DNA of 63,466 nt, counting the filler, from Perkinsus chesapeaki ATCC PRA-425 (lineage: Eukaryota; Protista; Perkinsozoa): the NCBI GenBank assembly GCA_013115145.1. It is 7 parts of 7 records of this genome, joined end to end, with 100 filler letters (N's around TTAATTAATTAA, not from the genome) between each part and the next. Parts side by side here need not be neighbours in the genome. Positions count along the whole stretch, not along the records: positions 18,436 to 35,061 come from JAAPAO010000703.1; positions 35,162 to 36,888 come from JAAPAO010001809.1; 5 more parts are not named here. One strand, given 5' to 3'. The notes beneath the pieces were generated by a model. The model made no database searches. It had not been told where the DNA came from and saw only the letters and a list, made by a program, of their open reading frames with translations. Numbering within the stretch: the first letter of the stretch is position 1; every line of letters begins with the position of its first letter. The translations under genes were made by a program, and so were the position numbers. This document shows positions 22,843 to 35,319 of this stretch, in pieces.

Positions 22843-23962
22843 TTAATTTGATGCTCTCAACGAACGCTTCCCACATGGCGCAAGATCAGAGTGGTCCGAA
22901 AGATGACAGATAGATCGCCCACATGCGTCCAAGCCAGCAGTGCCTTTACAATAGCTCCCAAAGTATTCTGAACAGAACTTTCCAGGGTTGGAAAGCCCGA
23001 GGCAGCCGTGCTCTTGGTACATCTCGTACTCAGACTTCCCGCTAGAGCCTTCTGAAGCAGCATTACCAGGAACAGTCTCAACCGAGGGAGTAGTCTCAAC
23101 AACCGGATCCGTCTCAGCCACCGTGGTGACCTCAAAGGTAGTAGGAGAACTATCACCACCGAAGGTAGGCTCAGTGGTGGGCTCCGACTGAGGGCTGCCG
23201 CCATCGGCACCATTGACTAGAACATCCGCGCAGGCACCGAAATAGAAAGGGCCGAATTTCCACATCCAATTGATTGTGTACTTGCCCGTGGCATAGTCTT
23301 CTGGGATGGTTACATAGCCCGAAGTATCCTAAAGCACTCCGCAGTCACGGAGAACTCGGCAAGGACCACTTACAAAGTCACGATGATAGGGCAAACAGCC
23401 ATCCAAGACCTTGAAATCGGTCCAATCTGGGTCGGACTTGTATGGGGTGATTCTGATCTCGATGCAAGTGCCTTAGGAAGAGAAAATCTATTACAAACCA
23501 CTAGCAAGCCACTAACCTTCAGACTCCCCATTCTCGGCATGTCCATTATTACGCCAGAGAATACGAAGCTTCTTTCCTGAGAAAATCAAACCATAGCGCA
23601 CACCCAAACTACGCGATTTTACCAGCGTTAACAATGGCCAAATCATTGATGTTAGGAGCTCCCGGGGAACCAGTCGCTCGGCAAGGGCGCATACTGCTTT
23701 CAGTCAACTCAATTTCGTGCTTGGGATCAAGAGCACATTCTTCCAGACTCGCTAGAGGGCACACATATCTCTGACAAAACACAAAGTGATAACAAACTGT
23801 GAAACCGAGAGCTCCTACTGTATAATAATCATCATCCAGACCGATATATCCCATACGGGCAAGTCCTTCATCAACATCGCCTTCAAGATACCACATCCAG
23901 CTGTGGGCGTCGGCGCCGAAGAAAACAGCGAAAGAGGGAATGACGTAACGAGAGAACGGCAT
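22843..23962 (-). CDS. Secreted histidine-brace (LPMO-like) protein A with Thr/Pro/Ser linker and Cys-rich tail; 5 exons
   Basis: Signal peptide ends ADA|H. Spliced mature protein HSWMWYLEGD...LRILWRNNGH(91)...YVTIPEDYATGKYTINWMWKFGPFYFGACADVLV, then a PTTEPT linker, then C..L.NPG.FC..YFGSYCK..C...IC. Confidence 0.8.
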
Positions 23963-24545
23963 TATTTTGAGGCTATATGCAAAACTAAGACACTTCTAGC
24001 TTGCACATAATACAGAGAATAAATGATAGTCGGGAAGTAAGCCGAAACCGTTAGATATTTCATCGTATCTTGCGACAGTTTCAGATTCCCAAGATACCCT
24101 TGTCTACGTTTCTCTCGTATTCTACATATTATCTAACGCTTTCAAGAAAATCAAGATTCCTCGCTCCTCCGAAATCGAGTAGGCAACAGGCGTTAGACTT
24201 CGCGCTCGACACGATGAGGAAATATAGAAGGTATCGCTCGAGGATTCGACTTGTTCTCATTTCAGGTAAGCTTTCTCCTTATGGAACGCAATACTTTCGG
24301 TAGAAATCGAATCTAGTCGATCCGTGGGTCACATGTTTAGGCACAAATATGCGCAATAAAGCTTCACCATATTCACAAACGACTTGAATTAGCTACTAAT
24401 TAGGACAAAGAAATTGAACTACCGAGCCACTTATGGACAAGCAAAAATTAATGATTGAATTCGTTTAAATAGCGATATGATTAACGTGATATACGGAACA
24501 ATACTTTATGAGAGTTAAGACTCCGTAAACGACAGATGGAACCCT

Positions 24546-25564
24546 TCACTCGCGGCGTCGTAATCGTTGACATGGTCCCAGCTCAGTGTGATCCGACTCA
24601 TGGCAGATATGGCGTCCACAGTAGTCAGCACCAGCAGATAGCTTACAATACGTACCATAGTATTCGTAGCAAAACTCACCAGGGTTATCTAGACCACCAC
24701 AGCCTTTCTGCTTATAAAGGTCCATTACATTTTGTGCGCCATTCCGCGCCAGTGGTTTGGACGAACTGCTTGTCTTAGGCACATAGGTGACCTTCTTGGG
24801 GGCCTCGGTATAAGTTTTTGCTTCCATTTTCACAGAGCCACCAGCATTTTCGTTGGTGATGGCAATGTCGGCACATGTACCAAAGTAGAAGGGACCGAAT
24901 TTCCACATCCAGTGGATGACATACTTTCCCGAGTACTGCTCAGGGATGCGAACAACAGCGGAAGTCTCGTGGTTGACGTGATATGGCAGACATAACTCTA
25001 GGATCTTGAAGTCGCTCCAGTCGGGGTCGGCCGAATAAGGTGCTATTCGGATTTGAACGCACGTTCCTAAAGCCTGTCAGATAACGCAGAGAGGCAACGC
25101 TGCTCACCATCAGACTCGCCGTGGGTGTGACCGTTGTTCTTCCAGAAAATCCTCAAGGCTTTACCTAACAAACTGCCTTGGCCCCCAACAGGTGTAGACC
25201 AACCTACCAGCGGTAACAGCTGCAATGTCCTCAACATTCGGGGCACCAGGGGAGCCACTTGCTCGACATGGCCGGAGGCTGCTCTGATCCAGCACTATCT
25301 CATGCTTAGGCTCAAGAAAGCAATCATCTAGACTCCTCAATGGACAAATATATCGCTGAAAACACAGGCATTTTGCGAGCACGGTGGTAGCGCTGTATAG
25401 TATACCGTAAAGTAGTCGTCATCAGGACCAGAGAGGCCCATTCTAGGATAGCCATCTTCGATGTCACCCTCCAAGTAAAACATCCAACTGTGGCCTCTAG
25501 CTACATAGACAAGTGCACTGACCACAACGGTGAGTCTGTAGGGAATGGACAAAAGGGACACCAT
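24546..25564 (-). CDS. Secreted histidine-brace (LPMO-like) protein B, tandem paralog; 4 exons
   Basis: Signal peptide ends ARG|H. HSWMFYLEGD...LRIFWKNNGH...VVRIPEQYSGKYVIHWMWKFGPFYFGTCADIAI, then a linker, then a YYGTYCK Cys-rich tail. Three intron positions are shared with A. Confidence 0.8.
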
Positions 25565-26361
25565 TTTAACGAGAGCTAACAAGTAATACGGAAGGCATGG
25601 CAAGTAGATCGGTACGCTCTTTATCCATGAGTATCCAGCAGTTTCATCAGATAGGCAAACCGTTACGTTATTGCCTACCTGTCAACTCGCGCGCGCCCGG
25701 CTTGTGAATGCTTCATGCTTATTGGCAGCTGTTCAAGGTGCTCATCTGTTGTATGCGTTCCTTCGGTATTGCTAACAGTGACGTGATGGTATCCAGAAGA
25801 ACAAAATTCGAGTACTATCGAAACACCAGGCTCGACTGAGACAGAAAATCAAGTGTCGCCATTCACTCAAAATCCATAAAGTATGACCCGCAAATTGCGA
25901 AGGTTAGGGAGTATCTTCCCCGCCGTTTCATCAACACAAAGATATCTTCGTCACCAGTGGAGCGCGCCACGCGCACTACGAAGATTCCTATACTTTTGCA
26001 GCAAGTTGCCTACTACAGCAGTAATACGTATTTTCACACGCTCCTCCTTCGATATAACTAAGCAGCATTATCGAATATACAGACACTCTCTCCAAGCAGA
26101 CCACTCGATAGACTGCAAAGGCTGTATACAGTAATCACAGCAACATCCACTGAACTGAAGGCTTTAATGCAACTGTAGAACAAGTGGATGAATCATACTC
26201 TAGTAAAACAGTTTAATAGACGAGCTTCTCAAAACACTTATTACACTAAACGACATTCTGTGAAGTAACGACGATATCAAACCAGTTGAATCCACGACGA
26301 GCGCTCTCACAAGCCAATCCACGAAGGTTTCTTAACGCAAAGACAAGGATACACAGAAACG

Positions 26362-29300
26362 TCACGTGCTCGCCATGCGCTTAACTTTCACAGCTTTCCC
26401 CTTCGCCCCCTTCAAGTGCTTCACAGCCTCCGCTTGTCTAGGGCCCATTCTCTTCCACTTCAAGGTTTCCTCTTTGCTAAGTTTCTTCTTTGGATCCGGC
26501 ATTAACGTACTTCTAATCAACATTCTTATCGGCGTCCCTTCCATGCCGAATTCTTCCCTCATCAAGTTGCGCATTTGCTGCATGTAATTAGGGGGAAAGC
26601 CACCATGCGTATTCGCCCAAAAAACAAATGTCGGTGGCCGGGATCGAACCTGCGTCACATACTTGGGGTAGAACTTCACACCATCTTTCCACGGCGGAGG
26701 ATAATGCTCCTGAAACTTCCTCATCCATTCGTTTATCTCAGACGTTGCCACACGACCGTTCCAGCGCCGAAACAGCGCTTGAATTCTCGTCATCATCATC
26801 ATAACGTTGAAACCCGTCTTGGCGGATATAAATATAATTGGCATGCCTTTCACTTGCGCCGATTTATTCACCGTATTGGTAACATACAGCTGCCGTAACT
26901 TCTCTCTGAAAAAGAATGGCTGGATACTACACGGTATCCACCGACGACTCAGCTTACTTGTGGCGGTCCTCAATAAGGTCCCACTTGTTAATGGCGACTA
27001 CCACACACTTCCCCATTTCCACCGCCATTCGAAGCAACCTTAACTCCGCTCTATTTGGGATATGAGACCGTTCCGCTCGAGATCCATCAACAACAATTAC
27101 AACCACGTGTGCACTGAAAGAGCAACCACTCCAGCGGGCATGTGAAATGTAAAGGAACTTACAATCGTATCGCTCGCTGTGTCTCTGAGCCTGGGCCCAT
27201 CAATTCCTTGTCGCCCTTGTACCTGTAAACAATATCCCATTTAAAGGAATATAGCATGTGATGAGATACGCAGCCCGCAGACCTCGCTCCATCTGCATCA
27301 ATGCAAGCGCTATAGGACGGCTCCAGATATTATCCGAGCCCACATACATATCCTGTTCAAAGGTCTTAAAGCGCCAAATGCGCCAAGATACACGGAACAA
27401 AAATCACACAAATGACATCGAAATGGCAAAAGTCATTCACAACTTCTACAATAACATCGTATCACTTTTCTGCGAAACCAAGCAATACAAAGACGTATGT
27501 TTTCGCCACTTGACCTGTAGTGGAGGGCTCTATATGAAAATGGTATGCAAATCCCCGAGACGACCCATCGAACATCTCAGCAGACTAGATGCCGAGAAGC
27601 ATTCCAAACTTACGCCCAACCCTTGAAAACACCGGCTGTGTCGAACAGCCGAACCTTATGCTGTCTAAATGCCCAATCAGTAACAATCGTATCAGTCGTC
27701 GTACCTGAGCATCTTAACAGCGGAGCGCAGCTCCTAATCTCCCCGTACCAGGAGTTGAATCCGTTATTATTCTATCCTCCTTCAGTAGGGCATTTACCAG
27801 CGAACTTTTCCCCGCATTTGGCAGACCTACGATCGCCATGTTGATTGCTCGTTCATCTCTAAGAAGCCTTCGGCGCTCTTCCAAAACAACATCTCTAGTC
27901 TGAAAATACTTCTCTTTGCAACCTCATCTTCTTGACCAAACAGCTCGACATGCACTCTAATTTCGAAAAGTCAATATCCTAATATACGGGGATTCCAGCA
28001 AATGCGAACCTTACACCACGCTCGACTTGCACGAAGAAGAGTTATCCCGCAAACTCAAGGCTGCACCCCCTCCTCGCCGCTTGGCTAACGAAATAGTTCA
28101 GCTTACCATTTTATCCTTCAAATGATAAGGCTTCTTGGTTAGATATTTCGCCAGCGCTTTTCTTTCTATCATAGTTCTCCCATCAATCCCAATCTCATTG
28201 GCGATGTCATCATCCATGCCTGGGCCTCGTTCCATTTCATCTTCCTCAAAATCTTCTTCCTCTTCACCTTCGGACTCTTCGACTGGTAACCCTCTGAAAA
28301 GCATCGAAATGGACACCTTCAGCATGATCAAACAGTCGCTAAATCAATCTCAATCCACGTGGCCATGGATCACTCCCACTAGTGACCGCTACCATCAAGC
28401 CGGCCAGTGCTACGTAATGCCGCCAATCTAACATTTACAGGCGCGAGCCAAAATCTAGACGCGGACTCAAGGCACTACAGCTACGTGGGAACACAGTTAC
28501 CCAGCACTACAGTCCAATCGCTAATTGATCACTGAAGATGGCGGAGTCTACAATTCCCGATCAGATTGGGGGGCTTTTAAGCAGCAAAACCGAGTTCAAG
28601 CCGCCGAGCTGTCCACCTTTTCCGATCTCGCCTCTTCTGCTTCTCCTTCTCTCTTGCCTCCCTTTTCTCTTCTTTAATCGCTTCCTTATACTCTTGATAC
28701 TCGATAGCTTCCTTTAACCATATCTCATGCATCTCTTCTATCGTTTCCAAACTGGGACCATCTCCCGCCATTTCCTGAAACGCTAATCAACAGCCCATCC
28801 ACAGTAAGCATATCCAAACACTTATGGCCACTAAGACCTTTGACGAGCTCCGAAAGCAACGGCTGTGAGTCATCTTCACTGGCGTCCCCAGTTTGGGGAC
28901 GCCAAAACTGAGTCGGCATATTTGACAACTGAAAGTTGTCAAATATGAATTTAAAACAAAATTTCTGGGAACTAGTAGCACATTTCCTTTCAAACTCCCT
29001 ATTATATCTCCTTAGAGGCTCATAAACTTTATAAGGAGACTAAGCTGCTACTCCCCGCCCCGAATCTCCCCGAAGCACTCACTGCTTGGATAGCATCATC
29101 ATCACCATCCTCCTCCCCTCCCTCTCCCTCAACCTTCCCTTCATCCATGTCAGCCCACGCCCCTCGAAGCCTATCCCCGACATCGAGCATTAACCTATCG
29201 TATCTACCAACTACTAGCTCACACGGATACCTTAGTTCATCATCAACAATCAGTCGAAATAGAATTGTGGCTCGTCACAGAAAACGAGGCGAAATTCACG

Positions 29301-31554
29301 GAAGTTCCGTGACGGAACTCCCCCAGATTTTCCTCCGTCTCTAATAGATGAACTGGAGTCCGAGGAACATATCCTTGAGGTGCTCGTTAATGAGCACACC
29401 TTAGTTGTTCTTAAACCCTTGGAAAACACGAGTTGATAGGAATTTGACGCGCGGTGTAGATATTTAAAGCATCTACACCGCGTGTAAAGTATCAAATTTT
29501 TTAAATGTACTCAAACGTAATTTAGTAATGATTCAGTTTCATATTCCTGAGGTGTTAATTGGCAGCAGCTGCTGGCTTCAGCGCTGCTAATAATCCTCTC
29601 TCTGCACTTGAAACTTTTCCACCCTTACAAATCATCCATGCCCTCATTCTTAGTTGCCGATATCATCACCGGATCTCCAAGCCCCAAATCATAGCAATCT
29701 GCGATGGCATCCGTCGGGAAATCTTGCGCCCCATCCGACTTATTCGCCGCTAACACGATCGATATCGGCGGCCGACTCCGCCTGAAACAAGTAAACTTAA
29801 ACAGCAGACATTTTTTATCCCTCTTCAGCAGCTCACTGCACGTGGCTTGAATGATCCTCCAGACCTTGTCGCGGAAAACCATTGAGGATTCTTAAAGATG
29901 TTTCCGAGTAATTAGCAGGTGAGTCTTGAGTATTAGGGTAGGACGGCTATTTCAACGGAGAAGGAATCACAAGAAAATTCCTCCTGGTTGTTGAGAAAAT
30001 TTCCCGCCAAGTCCTAGCATTTCCAGATGACGTTTAATGTACATAAGTCAGCAATCGCTGCCCTTACTCGTTCCTCTCCTCCTTCTCCTTGAATAGCTCA
30101 TTCAGCCGTTCAACCCTCTTGCTGACCATCCTCGCCAATTTCAAATCCAGTGGCGTCACTCCCTCTTTTGCATCCACCATAAAAATTACTGCATCGCTCC
30201 GCCCGATAGCTTCCAATGCTTTCTGGCGCATCTTTTGAAGCAGCTCACCTAAACCATCCATTTGCACATTCCATCAAATTGCCTAAGTCAATATCGATAA
30301 AACACTTAACACCTTAAATGCCCAGCTGCTCATCTCGTGATTCCAAGACCATCCATACTAGCTCGATTAGGGAACCGTACAACAGAGTAAGTGTAATGAT
30401 GCTATCCGAAGTTTCGTCGTCACTAGTAAAGTCCGGCACAGCCGGTGAATCCTATTTACCAAACCAGATCTCACTGTTTTCTGTCAGAACATCGTCCTCG
30501 AGTCCAGGAGTATCGTGTAGCATCATCTTCAACCTCCCCAACTGGCACATAGCCGATTTACCATCCCGTGTCGTCCCAGCAGCTGTATACCTGAATCGAT
30601 CACTCGATCGATAATGCACCCCTTAACCCAAAAAATTTTCATGCTGGTAATTCGCAAAAGCCTCATGTGAAGACGAAAAACTCAATTGCTTCCGTAAGCA
30701 TCCCTTTGTCTTATTAGTCTTCTCAGTGTCGCATCCTCCCCCCCCCCAATCCATTGATTCGTTCATGGCAAAGGCAGCAGCCTGTAGTTAATCATATAGG
30801 TCCATTCGCCAAAGCTCTCAAGACACAAGCTATCGTGTAGTAATTGCATAAGGGCCAAACCCTTCAGCGTTCCCCCACACTCACACTATCGCCTTCTGTC
30901 GACCGTTCTCAGCGTTGCGGTTGTTACCTGACAACAGATTTGGAAATAAATACTGTACAAAGTTGAATACTGCGCAAGTCTACAATATGCAATTAAAATA
31001 GTTACTTATGTGTTATAAGAGCAAGTAAACAGCGCGACACGTTATAACGGATAACACACAGTGAAGAATTTTCTCAGCAAATCTTCAACACTTTCATAGT
31101 TCTTTCAAGTATCTTTTCTTCTGTTTTTTCAACATTGTCAACAGTTCTTCAAATACCGAGGACACACCATCGCTGCCTTGATTGCCACTAGCGCGAGATT
31201 CGCAATAACACATTTTATTAAAGCAATGAGCTAGTGCAACTATAAAGCCTGAATGACACTGGTCTCGTCACGAAAATAAATTGAGTTCGAGAAGCAGCTC
31301 GAAATAACAGGAAAAAAGTGATAAACACTACACGATAAAAGACTATAATAAAAGATACAGTAAATATAGGAAATAATAATTCTTGCCAGGACGGATAACT
31401 TACTTTGTAACCGATTGAATAAACTTGATTTCCCTACATTTGGTCGTCCTACCATACATACTGTAACATGAGGCCTCTCGCTCATTAAACTTTGAGCAGC
31501 ATTTGCCGACACCGAAGAGATGCCCCGAAATAATAAAATATTAAACCTGATCAA
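26362..31554 (-). CDS. der: EngA/Der double-GTPase (ribosome biogenesis), probably organellar, multi-exon
   Basis: GD1: [56 protein letters not shown]2: [13 protein letters not shown] (~27800-27840), ISAKTG. C-terminal KH-like RPPTFVFW...IRMLIR. Confidence 0.9.
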
Positions 31555-33899
31555 TCAAGGCTGCATTGTTGCGTCGAACAACGAGCATCTCGAAAGTATT
31601 GCACCCGTAAGCGTTCTTCCTCCAGGAGTGCAATTTATCGACACTCATTTTTAGAACAGTGAAAATGTCACCGAGACACATCTCTACCTCAACACCACTC
31701 ACTGCATTCAAGAATGGTGGTGCAAAGCTGCTTAGACTCGACTGCTTCGCAGCCTAGGTAGTATCTAGGGCTGCTAAATGGTTTATGATGTTTGCTTTGC
31801 ACTTTTATGTCCCGTAATACGCACTGAAGCGTCACGGGTTACTTTAAGTTACACACACATCATTCACACATTCAATGACTAACATTACCTACTACAAACC
31901 AAGTTGTGGGTTGAACAAACCCAGCGCTTGCCGAACTCTAATAGCATCACCGACACTGATGCTGCGCCATGACTTCAACGCCAAGACATCACTAATGTGC
32001 TTCCTATGGGGCCTTTTCCAGGCCATATACGTGTTACAAACGCCGTGGTGTCCGATGAGAAGAGAGACAGGACTTTATCTTCAAACGAGGGGGAAAGCGT
32101 CCATTCGCTTACCTTGCTTTTGAATTACTTCCAATTAAATGCAAACATCTCCAGCATGGCTGACTTGCCATCCCCCACAAACGAAGGAAAGTGAAACTAC
32201 TCAAACAAGCTTCATCAAACGTTCACAAACTTCATAGCACCACTGTATCCTGAAGCATCATCCGGGATGATTCATCCCGGAATAAGTACAAAAACCAGAC
32301 AAGTTCCAATTAGTGGATTCCAAGGGTCAAATTTTGTCTACATATAAACTGTATAACGTCAATTATGATCACGTAAAGCTTTTCAGCGTCCGTCTATCAC
32401 GAACCATCTATCAAGTCCGCGGAAGTGTCTGCAATCCCAATAAGGCATCAAGCAGTTATTAACAACCCCGCTTGGCCACCACTCTTCTTCGGAAAGCTCA
32501 AAACAGTTCTCCGGTCGGAAACGTCATTTTTCATGCGCGCCACGAAACTGTCCTAATAATCTATAGGCTCATCAATATCAGAATCACCATCCAATCTCTC
32601 ATCATCATAAACATCTTCATCCTGCCAATGGATATCGATCATCTGGGCGTGCGCGTAGAACGAAGAGTTCTTGCTCACCTGCGAACACCAGCAACGCATG
32701 TGCACAGGAAATGCTTCCATGCTTCCCCTCGGCCGAGCCATGTATTGTCGAGAAAATTATATCGCGAGGCTTTGTATAATTTCTCACCCCCGACGAGCAC
32801 GTTCATGCGTATCCCGACCACTACTACTAATAAGTTAATAGTATTAACATTATATCTCTCTGGACTTATAATATTCCTAGTGACAATACAGCGTGTCTCT
32901 TTCTATTTTAAACTAGTACACACACACTACCACATTTCTAAGAAAACAGGCGACCCTTTGATGAAGAACAGTCTAGGAAGCCTTTAACGGAAACCCAGTC
33001 GAGAGTTCACGGCGTCATGCAAGATGATGAAAATGCCGCTAGAGTCTACGCGGAACTGATTAAAATAGTTCTAAACGGGTTACAAAATAGTTGGCTTCCC
33101 GAGAAAATGCTCAACATGATACTACCTAAAACTATCGAAAACGAAGCCATCGCCAGATACAGCAAAAAGCAGCATAAAGTTAATTGGTCAACACTAGGAA
33201 ATGATTAGTAACACTAAGATCAAGATCTTAAGCGATAAACGATTTCCCGCTCCTGTGATACCCTCATCTGTGAGCACAGAGCGAGATATTTCACACAAGA
33301 TCATGACCAACTCGGTGATGGAAGTTATTCGAATCCGGTTGATGACGGCTTCTTACTCTCCAGCGCTTCTTCAATCTATGCAATCTGTTAATACAACATT
33401 TAGCCAGCTTAATGCTTGGGAACTTCAGAACAAACCCACACGTTCCATCAGATTGCGGCACCTACGTCATACCGTATTCTCCGCAACGTCGAGAAAAAGC
33501 CACTATGACCCTATGAATATCTATGGGATAAAAACGCAAACTGTGGAGTAGTCCTTCGAGCTGCTCGCTGTCAACATCTTCATGCCACCCAGCGGAAAAT
33601 ACGTTGAATCTACAAGGTGAGGAATACTTGCCGAGTTGAGCCCGAACGCTATTAGTAGGGAAAAGCTAACGACTGTACAAATCTATTTATCGATTATTCT
33701 ATTTCCTTCTCGTACGATCGACTCCAGCCATACTTTTGTTAATAGTAAAGAAACAATGTCGTAGAATCTGGTATAGACACCCTCGTGCGATAAAGACATT
33801 TCCGATGACAAGCTACTCTGAACATAGCTTCTGTTCGAAGAGCAAATGCCTCAAACAACATAAGGGAACTCTCCTCGGTATCTTATCAGCAGTCTAAGG

Positions 33900-34740
33900 C
33901 ATCTTCGAGTTAGTGTGTCATACTCACTCTAAAGGGCGTTAGGAAACGTCGTGAGAACTACTCCCTTGCTCCATTTTTTGCGATCATACCCGATATCAAC
34001 ACTCAAAGCTCCCCCACGCGGCTCCTAGCTTTCTGGCGCTTCGACACCCGGCCCACTTAGCGTGTAAACTCAGACATTATTTCCCCCCCATCCCTACTCG
34101 ATAATAAAAAAACCGTCCTCCTGTTAAGAAACCCGAAATACCCTTTAGCGACATTGAACTAACACGGTTGTTGCCTACCTGCTCTCCGGTCCACTTTTCC
34201 TGGTCAGTGCTATATCCATATCATCCCCTGTACTCGGCACAAATATGGCTTGTCGAGACGCCCACACGAATGCACACCCAAATGCCTCTCCGTACGCCCG
34301 CCGTTTCGGCACAGCGATTTCTTGTATCTGAAAAAGTTGAAAAACGTTCGACTTCTTCGCCAAATTTCCGCTTGCCTTCTCCATCACTTTCAAGCTGTCT
34401 TTCACAGATTTACACAGAACGTACACTGTGTCGCTCTGGTGGCCTTTACGCTGGAACCGAAATACAATGTCCCGATGATCCACATCGACCTCCGCATGCT
34501 CCTTAAGAATCTCTTTAACCTAATAACGCGATGTTGAGCATTCATTGCTCCTTGGTCCAAGGGCATCAGTGGAAGTCTATGAAGCACTTCTTCGTCAGTA
34601 GTTTTATTAACGAATATCACACCCATCGCTGGACTCATGAGTGGTAACCTTGCCCAACAACGCTACCACTCTTCGACATTTTAGGGCAAACCTTGCCACC
34701 ATCATGATCCATGAAATTCTTGCTACATTCCTCGTCATTT
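33900..34740 (-). CDS. Hypothetical protein, multi-exon, possible RRM-like segment; extent uncertain
   Basis: Open exon VKEILKEHAEVDVDHRDIVFRFQRKGHQSDTVYVLCKSVKDSLKVMEK...SGPE flanked by AG/GT, with further open blocks at ~33950-34060. Confidence 0.35.
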
Positions 34741-34939
34741 TCTCTTATCATACAATACATACGTAAAATGTTCATTACGATTCAGAGCTGAGCGGCAGGC
34801 TCGATCTACAGGTGATCGGGCACAGAGGATTCGATGGAAATGAAATCAGCTCGAAGTTCACAATTACTTATCGATATCTCCGCCCTTCCATGCCGTGCAG
34901 TTTTTCAAGACAAGTTGTGTGTGGACTCGCTAGGGAATT

Positions 34940-35061
34940 AATTTTGTCTGTAATACAGCACAGACCGTTTCGTGCTTGACCTCGTACTTCTACACCATTT
35001 CAAGATCTAATCAGTAAAAGCCAAGATCAAATTAATATAGCCCAGAACAGATTAGTAAAAG
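34940..35061 (+). mobile_element. Relic of the same retroelement family as 50556-52039 (RT segment running into the 20-bp repeat at the contig end)
   Basis: tacaccatttcaagatctaatcagtaaaagccaagatcaaattaatatagcccagaac matches the reverse complement of ~50580-50680. It reads TPFQDLISKSQDQI versus TPFQHLISKSQDQI. Confidence 0.7.
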
Positions 35062-35319
35062 NNNNNNNNNNNNNNNNNNNNNNNNNNNNNNNNNNNNNNN
35101 NNNNNTTAATTAATTAANNNNNNNNNNNNNNNNNNNNNNNNNNNNNNNNNNNNNNNNNNNNCCGTAATGATGTTGGGTGATTTCCATGTTAGTTCCCCTC
35201 ATGACTCTGAGTTAGTTGTGGTGCCTTTTTATATTTTCTTGGATAATACATTCACGTACGAAGGGCTCTGCACTAATCGATCCAAGTACCCTTTAACCGT
35301 GAAAGTTGATTCTAGCAAG

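Noticed and set aside
32472-33551. Plus-strand ORFs 32472-32987, 33017-33208 and 33201-33551 as a gene or retroelement
   Set aside because: No recognisable motifs, and the coding strand could not be determined. Left unannotated.
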